Assembly: GCA_903828055.1 (NCBI GenBank)
Contig: CAIKKP010000057.1
Location: forward strand, 17,588 to 81,587
DNA: 64,000 nt
Direction of reading: 5' to 3'
Source: an uncultured bacterium
Lineage (GTDB): Bacteria; Patescibacteriota; Andersenbacteria; UBA10190; CAIZMI01
Shown here: positions 57,902-64,000 of the stretch, one piece after another
How the letters are laid out: every line of letters starts with the position of its first letter
Numbering within the stretch: the first letter of the stretch is position 1
Notes under the pieces: generated by a model
What the model was told of the DNA's origin: nothing
The model's input: only the letters and a program-made list of their open reading frames with translations
Databases searched by the model: none
Translations under genes and position numbers: made by a program

Positions 57902-58598
57902 ATTGTTTTACTTGATGGTGACGAAGAGGTATTTGCTTGATATCTTCACTGATTAGGCCGTCGCGCAGAGTGACAACACGGCTTGCGTGCGCGGCGATAT
58001 CGTGTTCGTGTGTGACCATCACAATCGTATTTCCTTCGCCGTGTATTTTTCCAAAGAGGTGCATTATTTCGTCGCTCGTGACTGTATCCAAATTGCCGGT
58101 TGGCTCATCGGCTAAAATTAAACGCGGTTTGGTAATGAGTGCACGGGCAATGGCAACGCGTTGCATTTGTCCGCCGGAAATTTCATTGGAGCGACTTTCG
58201 GCTTTATCTTTTAATCCTACTAACTCTAGTACTTTGCGTGCCTTTTCTATTCGGTTTGGGTCGTTAATATAGGCCAGTGGTAACGCTACGTTTTTAAGGA
58301 TGCTCATTCTGGGTAATAAATTAAACGCTTGAAAAACGAAACCGATTTTTTCATTGCGAATTTCGGAGAGCTGATCATCGTCAAGATTTTGTACCTGTTG
58401 ACCATCTAAAATATATTCGCCGGAGGTGGGAATATCCAATGCGCCGATGATATGCATCATTGTGGATTTGCCGGAACCGGACGGGCCCATTATTGCCACA
58501 AACTCGCCTTCAGAAATATGCAAATTGACGCCACGCAATGCTTGCGAAATTGTTTCGCCTTGCGAATAGTTTTTTTTAATGTTCGTGAGAGTAATCAT
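57891..58598 (-). CDS. MacB-like ABC transporter ATP-binding protein
   Basis: [36 protein letters not shown]. Confidence 0.9.
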
Positions 58599-60001
58599 CT
58601 TCCTCCGAAACCGCCCATGCCTCCACCACGATTTGATCCTCCAAATAGGGAAGTTGCGCTACCTGTTCCGGTTGTGCCTGTGCTTGTAGTTGTACCTGTA
58701 GTGATGACGTCTCCTTCCGAGAGTCCGCTGACAATTTCCGTTTCCAAGTCGTTGCTTAAGCCAATGGTGACATTTGTCGGGGTGGTGACACCGTTTTTCA
58801 TTACACTGACAGTTGCTTGCGTTCCTTGAGTTTTCACGGCGCCGTTTGGTGCCAACAAAACACGATCCTTACGATTGGTGATAATAGACGCGCTTGCTGA
58901 CATTCCGGGGCGCATGGCAGGATCGATATTTTCCAAAACAACTTCTACATTGTAGTTGGTAACACCGGAACTGGTGGTGCCGATTGTATCCATATTGATA
59001 ACATGGCCGGCAAAAGTTTTATTTGGTAGGGAATCAAAAGTTAATGTCGCTGGTGCATCGACTTTAATATTTGGTATATCAACTTCGCTGATTGCAACCG
59101 TCACGCTAAGATTTGTCGGATTGAAAATTGATAAAATAGTGGAGCCTGAACTGGTGGAGGAACCGGAACTTGAAGAATTACTGGATTGTGTTCCAATAAT
59201 TGACCCAACTTCCAGTGCCATATTTACTATTTGTCCGGCGATAGGAGCCGTGACTGTTTGGTTTGATAATTCTTGGAAAGAAAGAGCGGAAGAAGTTAAG
59301 TTGGCTTGCGCGGCCGAAAGTGACAGTTGCGCGCTTTTGGTTTTAAGTGATGCGGAAGTGGCGTCGCGTTGGGATGAAGATAAACTACTTTGCGCGGTGA
59401 TGACACTTTGTCGCGCCTTCAGTTGGGCGGATGAAAGACCAAGCTTGGCAATTGCTTCACCGGTTTGGGCGGATAAAATATCTAAATTATTATTTACCGT
59501 TGCGTCCATCGCATCAACAATTGTTTTCTGAGCGTCTTTGACGCTTTTTTTGGCGTCGATTTGCGCGGCTTTAAGACTAAGTTGACTTGCGTTTAAATTG
59601 TTTTTCAAAATTTGTTCGTTGGCGAGTGCGTCTTGTGCTTGCTGTTGGGCACTGATAAGACTGGCCTGCGAAGAGAGGTAACTGGCACGCGCCTTGGCGA
59701 TATCCGAAGCCGAAGCAAGCGACTTAAAATGAAAAAGTGCTTGGCCAACCGTTACCGTATCGCCACTTTTTACAAACAATTGATCAATGATTCCGTAGCT
59801 TGGCGCAGTAACACCGGCGAGTGTTTGCGGGGCGAGTGAACCGCTACCACTTACCGAGGTAACAAGTGTACCGATGGCGACGGTGGTAGTTTGTGGCGCC
59901 ACAGTTGTTTTAGAGGTGCTGTTTTTGTACCAAAAATAACCGCCTATTAAAATTACAATGACGATGCCGATGATCCAATACTGTTTTTTATGGATTTTCA
60001 T
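58595..60001 (-). CDS. HlyD/MacA-family periplasmic adaptor (membrane-fusion protein)
   Basis: N-terminal TM, long coiled-coil, beta-barrel; Gly/Thr-rich C-terminal tail. Confidence 0.8.
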   Translation of the reverse strand: MKIHKKQYWIIGIVIVILIGGYFWYKNSTSKTTVAPQTTTVAIGTLVTSVSGSGSLAPQTLAGVTAPSYGIIDQLFVKSGDTVTVGQALFHFKSLASASDIAKARASYLSSQASLISAQQQAQDALANEQILKNNLNASQLSLKAAQIDAKKSVKDAQKTIVDAMDATVNNNLDILSAQTGEAIAKLGLSSAQLKARQSVITAQSSLSSSQRDATSASLKTKSAQLSLSAAQANLTSSALSFQELSNQTVTAPIAGQIVNMALEVGSIIGTQSSNSSSSGSSTSSGSTILSIFNPTNLSVTVAISEVDIPNIKVDAPATLTFDSLPNKTFAGHVINMDTIGTTSSGVTNYNVEVVLENIDPAMRPGMSASASIITNRKDRVLLAPNGAVKTQGTQATVSVMKNGVTTPTNVTIGLSNDLETEIVSGLSEGDVITTGTTTSTGTTGTGSATSLFGGSNRGGGMGGFGGR

Positions 60002-60005
60002 TAAA

Positions 60006-60572
60006 TTAATTCTTGAGTGGAATAGCTGGACTGGTGCTCGCGCTTGGCGTTGGTGGGGTATTATTCAGTATCCTGATCAATGAAGCATCAATTTGACCGT
60101 TGCCGGCGGGTCTGCCAAAAATTGCGATTTTTTGACCTTGTTGTAAATCGGAAGCTGAACCTTTACCGTTATTGTTTTGAATTACAGTTGAATTTGAAAT
60201 GCTAATCACTTGCTCAACATTGCCATCATTATCTTGGATAGAAACGGAATTGCCGTTGATTGATAAAATAGTTCCCAAAATCGCGTGTGAACGAATTGGC
60301 CCGGGCTTATCTTGTCGCATCATTCCGCGTGGTTCGCGTCCTTGATCGCCAAAAAAGTTCTGTTGATAATTGTTTTGCCAGCGGGTTGAGTGACGAATGC
60401 GCGCGCGCTCAAAAGCTTGTCCACTGATAAAACCCAAAAGCAATAGCGCAATAACACCGCAGACAAAAATAGTCCGGTGCGAGATTTGTTTGTGAAGGTG
60501 TTTGATTGGTGGTAGTGCCGGTTGTGATTGTTCCGGTTTAACTTCGCTGGTTGTTTGGATAGTTTCGGTCAT
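60006..60572 (-). CDS. N-terminally anchored hypothetical protein (paralog of 56159..56569)
   Basis: Similar beta-rich C-terminal domain. Confidence 0.55.
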   Translation of the reverse strand: MTETIQTTSEVKPEQSQPALPPIKHLHKQISHRTIFVCGVIALLLLGFISGQAFERARIRHSTRWQNNYQQNFFGDQGREPRGMMRQDKPGPIRSHAILGTILSINGNSVSIQDNDGNVEQVISISNSTVIQNNNGKGSASDLQQGQKIAIFGRPAGNGQIDASLIRILNNTPPTPSASTSPAIPLKN

Positions 60573-60578
60573 GATATT

Positions 60579-60983
60579 TTAAATAAATTTAAGATGTAAA
60601 ATATGTTGGCGTTCTTGTTTTTTCAGTGATGCCAGCCAGCCAAGCGCCGTGGTCGCGCCAAAAATTAGCGCTAAACTGCCAAACGGTAGGTTTTCCATTA
60701 GTCCCCACAGCATGTCTGTTGGTCGAATGGCATTAAAGTTGGCAACGGCTGTTTGCACAATTTCAAAAATACCGCTGGTGCTAATGGCTTGCCAGCCGGT
60801 AGCTAGTCCCACTGTTACCGCCAAAGTGGAGACGGTTAGGCCGATTGCCCAAAAACGACGTGAAAGTATTTCCTCTTGGTGCTGTGCGGATTTAACGGCG
60901 AAAAGCACCCGTTGTTCCAGCCCGGCCGGAACCGAGGTTTCTTTGAAAATTACCGCCAGTTTTTCGCGTTCAGATTTAGTCAT
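60579..60983 (-). CDS. Membrane protein, putative anti-sigma factor
   Basis: Overlaps the sigma gene's end; three TM helices. Confidence 0.5.
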   Translation of the reverse strand: MTKSEREKLAVIFKETSVPAGLEQRVLFAVKSAQHQEEILSRRFWAIGLTVSTLAVTVGLATGWQAISTSGIFEIVQTAVANFNAIRPTDMLWGLMENLPFGSLALIFGATTALGWLASLKKQERQHILHLKFI

Positions 60984-61644
60984 TACTCTTTAATACGATA
61001 TTGGGTGCATTGGAGGGTTCATTTTTTGTTTCTCTTTTTAATCCCTCCCAACCTCCCTTTGAATAAAGGGAGGAGACGTCTTTTGATTTGTCATTTTTGG
61101 TTTTTGCTTCTCGAAACGCCTCGCGGGCGCGTCGCAAACGTGTGCGAATCGTCTCCTCCGGTTTTTTGAGAATTACGGCAATTTCCGGCACGGTCAGTTC
61201 ATCTAAATAATGAAGTGTGAGTACCTCTTTTTCACTGTCGGATAACAAGGAAAGAAGTGTGCTCACCAATACCGCGTTCTCATTTTTTTCTGCCAGTTCT
61301 TTTGGTGAAGCATTTTTAGTGGGAGTATTTTCCAACTGAAATTGTTCTGTTTCCGAGAGAGATGAAAAGGGTAAAGTTTTTTTCTTTCGAAAATAATCAA
61401 AAGCGCAGTTACGTGCAATCCGTAACAGCCACGGTTTAAACGTTTTTTGTACATCAAAAAGATGGATGTTTTTCCACGCTCTTATAAAAGATTCCTGGGA
61501 TAATTCTTCGGCATTCTCCTTATTACCCACAAGTCGATGGAGATAACGGTAAACTAAAGGCAAATATTTTACTACCATAATATCGAAGGCTGCTTTTTCG
61601 CCTTTCTGGATTTTCATCAATAAAATAGTGTCTTCTTGGTCCAT
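60976..61644 (-). CDS. ECF-type RNA polymerase sigma factor
   Basis: Region 2 ESFIRAWKNIHLFD…WLLRIARNCAFDYFRKK; region 4 HTH. Start placed at MDQEDT. Confidence 0.8.
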   Translation of the reverse strand: MDQEDTILLMKIQKGEKAAFDIMVVKYLPLVYRYLHRLVGNKENAEELSQESFIRAWKNIHLFDVQKTFKPWLLRIARNCAFDYFRKKKTLPFSSLSETEQFQLENTPTKNASPKELAEKNENAVLVSTLLSLLSDSEKEVLTLHYLDELTVPEIAVILKKPEETIRTRLRRAREAFREAKTKNDKSKDVSSLYSKGGWEGLKRETKNEPSNAPNIVLKSND

Positions 61645-61807
61645 ACGGTTGCCAGTATGAGGCGATTCGCGACTGCAGACAAGACAATTATGATTCAAAC
61701 ATATATGGCCTATTGGCAGTTTTATTTATGATTGGTCGAAATATTAATATTATTTATGGTTTATGGAATAATATTTAAACAGTAAAACAAGGTGCTATAA
61801 TTGTGGA

Positions 61808-63724
61808 ATGAATAGATTACTCAAGTTTGCGGGCGTGTTAGCGGCCTTTCTGAGCCTGTTTTCTTGCAGTGTGGCACGAGCGCAGATTGAAAATTCGGAA
61901 AAGATTTTGAATTTTAAAAGCGATATTGTAGTTAATAAAGACGCTTCGTTGGAAGTTAAAGAGACGATAACCGTCAATGCTAATGGTGATCGGATTATTC
62001 ACGGCATTTATCGCGATTTTCCGACAAGATATAAGACTTTGGCCGGTAAAAGCATAAAAGTTGATTTTAAAGTCATTAGTGTGCAAAGAGACGGTAATGA
62101 TGAAGATTTTCATACAGAAAAAATATCCAACGGAGTAAGGGTATATTTCGGGAATGCAGATGTGAATGTGGATCAAGGGGAACACACATATGTTTTCTTG
62201 TATAAAACCAACCGGCAAATAGGTTTTTTTGAAGATCATGATGAACTTTACTGGAACGTCACGGGAAATGGTTGGGTTTTTCCAATTGAAAAAGTAACAG
62301 CAAATGTTTTTTTACCGGACGGTATTGATTCAAAAAATATTAAATTAGCGGGTTATACCGGGGAGCAAGGCGCAACTAATTCCGACTTTAATAGTTCGCT
62401 TGAGCGAGGCGGGGCCACATTCGTCTCCACCATTCCTTTAAAAAAAGAAGAAGGTCTCACTGTTGTCGTCGTTTGGCCAAAAGGGTTTGTTGCTCCGCCG
62501 AGTAGTGAGCAAAAAATGCTGGAAATGTTGCAGGAAAACATGGGAGCAATTGTCGGTATTGCGGGAATTATTATTATTCTTTTTTATTATGTTCGTGTTT
62601 GGCAAAGGATCGGGCGTGATCCCAAAAAGGGCGCGATTATTGCTCAATATGATCCTCCGCGTAATCTTTCTCCTTCCGCTCTGTCATACGTTTCGAAAAG
62701 GGGTTATTCAAACGAAACTTTTGTTTCGGCAATATTATCCTTAGCCGTAAAAGGTAACCTTGTAATAAAGGAAAACGAAAATAAATATGAACTGCAAAAA
62801 ATTGATACCGCACGGAAAATTTTTGCAAATGATGAAGAAGTGGTGTTTGAAAAACTATTTAACAACAGGGTTTCTCTGGAATTAGAGCAGGCAAATCATA
62901 GTATTTTAAGTAGTGCGATAACAGCTTTAAAAAACGAGCTGAAAAATAATTTGGGAAATTATTTTAAATGGAATTTAGGATACATATCTTTTGGAATATT
63001 TCTTTCCCTCTTGTTTTTTATTCCAACGGCCGCTTTTTTTGCGTCTTTATCCGACCGGCTCGGGTTTTTCTCGATGTGGCTGTCTATTTGGACGATCGGA
63101 GTTATTGCAATTTCCGCGGGAGTATTTTCCGCTTGGAAAAAGACTAATGCGGGAATTATGGCAAAATTTGTGGCAAGCGCGATTACTTTATTTGCGGTGC
63201 CTTTTTGGTTTGCGCAAATTTTCGTATTAGCTCTTGTCTATAAAGAATCGCCGATTTTCCTTTTTATCTTTCTGCTGTTCTGGGTGATTAATATTGTATT
63301 TGTGCTATTGCTTCCGTCTAGAACGTCGGATGGACGCATGTTGATGGATGAAATCGAAGGTTTTAGATTGTTTCTCTCCGTTACGGAAAAAGATCGGTTG
63401 AATTTCCATAATCCCCCCGGCAAGACGCCGGAGCTTTTTGAAAAGTTTCTGCCTTATGCGCTTGCCTTGGGCGTGGAACATAAATGGGCGGCGCAATTTG
63501 CGGAAATGTTTGCAGGATTGAGTGCACGGGGAACAGGATATTCTCCCACATGGTATGCAGGAAACAACTTTAACGCCCTGAACATGTCCAGTACGATTGC
63601 TTCTTTTAGTAATTCATTTTCCGGCGCAATATCGTCATCGTCGATGGCGCCAGGTTCGAGTTCCGGTTTAAGTGGCGGTTCTTCCGGTGGAGGAGGAGGG
63701 GGCGGTGGCGGCGGTGGCTGGTAG
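61808..63724 (+). CDS. DUF2207-family membrane protein with Gly-rich C-terminal tail
   Basis: Signal peptide, extracellular DUF2207 domain, several TM helices; ends …[21 protein letters not shown]. Confidence 0.75.
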   Translation: MNRLLKFAGVLAAFLSLFSCSVARAQIENSEKILNFKSDIVVNKDASLEVKETITVNANGDRIIHGIYRDFPTRYKTLAGKSIKVDFKVISVQRDGNDEDFHTEKISNGVRVYFGNADVNVDQGEHTYVFLYKTNRQIGFFEDHDELYWNVTGNGWVFPIEKVTANVFLPDGIDSKNIKLAGYTGEQGATNSDFNSSLERGGATFVSTIPLKKEEGLTVVVVWPKGFVAPPSSEQKMLEMLQENMGAIVGIAGIIIILFYYVRVWQRIGRDPKKGAIIAQYDPPRNLSPSALSYVSKRGYSNETFVSAILSLAVKGNLVIKENENKYELQKIDTARKIFANDEEVVFEKLFNNRVSLELEQANHSILSSAITALKNELKNNLGNYFKWNLGYISFGIFLSLLFFIPTAAFFASLSDRLGFFSMWLSIWTIGVIAISAGVFSAWKKTNAGIMAKFVASAITLFAVPFWFAQIFVLALVYKESPIFLFIFLLFWVINIVFVLLLPSRTSDGRMLMDEIEGFRLFLSVTEKDRLNFHNPPGKTPELFEKFLPYALALGVEHKWAAQFAEMFAGLSARGTGYSPTWYAGNNFNALNMSSTIASFSNSFSGAISSSSMAPGSSSGLSGGSSGGGGGGGGGGGW

Positions 63725-63868
63725 AACAAATGCACCATTAGTATGATAAATGTCCTTAAGGCCTCGTTCACAAATAAATTCCCCATCTTACGCTCACTGC
63801 ATCTTTGACCATAGTTGCGCATTCTGGATGAACTCCAGGCTCTTTCTTGATTAATTGCTTGGGGACTG

Positions 63869-64000
63869 TCAACTTAATTGTGTCTGCTTCTCCGTTTCGT
63901 TTAAATATTTAAAATTTGGAATCGGATATTTCATAAAGTTTTTTTCTTCAAATTCTTTAATAATCATAAATACATAATCAAGTAAATATTCAGGGCTCTC
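63869..64000 (-). CDS. C-terminal fragment of a reverse-strand gene continuing beyond the window
   Basis: Open frame from the window end to TGA at 63869-63871 (…ESPEYLLDYVFMIIKEFEEKNFMKYPIPNFKYLNETEKQTQLS*). Confidence 0.35.
   Translation of the reverse strand, partial: ESPEYLLDYVFMIIKEFEEKNFMKYPIPNFKYLNETEKQTQLS

Noticed and set aside
63454-63822. Minus-strand 122-aa ORF with a poly-proline run
   Set aside because: Reverse complement of the GGN-rich tail of the DUF2207 gene. An artefact of the repeat tract.

Overview
The window is low-GC (about 38%) and gene-dense, with mostly short genes, two ECF sigma/anti-sigma pairs and large DUF2341/PA14 surface proteins. This pattern suggests a small-genome Patescibacteria/CPR-like organism; that attribution is inference. 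Stop-codon usage fits the standard bacterial code. Core genes present are rpoD (3-prime part), zur-znuACB, rsgA, a DEAD-box helicase, radC, several ABC systems and a MacAB/HlyD-like efflux cluster with its ECF sigma. The most unusual content has two parts. (1) A tRNA (probably Asn-GUU) carries a 431-nt intron-like insertion placed precisely in the anticodon loop, proposed to be a group I intron. About 15.7 kb downstream of it (about 1.5-17.2 kb) is organised as an integron-like tandem array of single-gene cassettes. The cassettes encode two APH-like kinases, a P-loop kinase, an HD protein, two NUDIX proteins, an AAA ATPase, TspO, an NTF2-like protein, GC-rich foreign ORFs and zur-znuACB. They are separated by a conserved 150-230 bp repeat unit. 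Each unit has a 30-nt 5-prime motif (AACAATAGTGTAGTCAGGGGTGGGGTAAAC) that frequently supplies the upstream gene's stop codon. It also has a degenerate copy of the tRNA T-loop/3-prime end, a rho-independent terminator and a T-stem/T-loop-like 3-prime core (GTCGGGGTTTCGAAC). No recombinase is present in the window. (2) A GC-rich island (about 45.05-47.96 kb) carries a well-formed SAM-I (S-box) riboswitch with terminator. The riboswitch sits upstream of a major-vault-protein (MVP)-like gene and an MTA/SAH nucleosidase. Other points of note are a trmB-like regulator split by a single in-frame TAG, a Qnr-like pentapeptide-repeat protein, two paralogous roughly 0.8-0.9 kaa surface proteins, a G14 homopolymer inside one repeat unit, and small hairpin-repeat families at gene ends.
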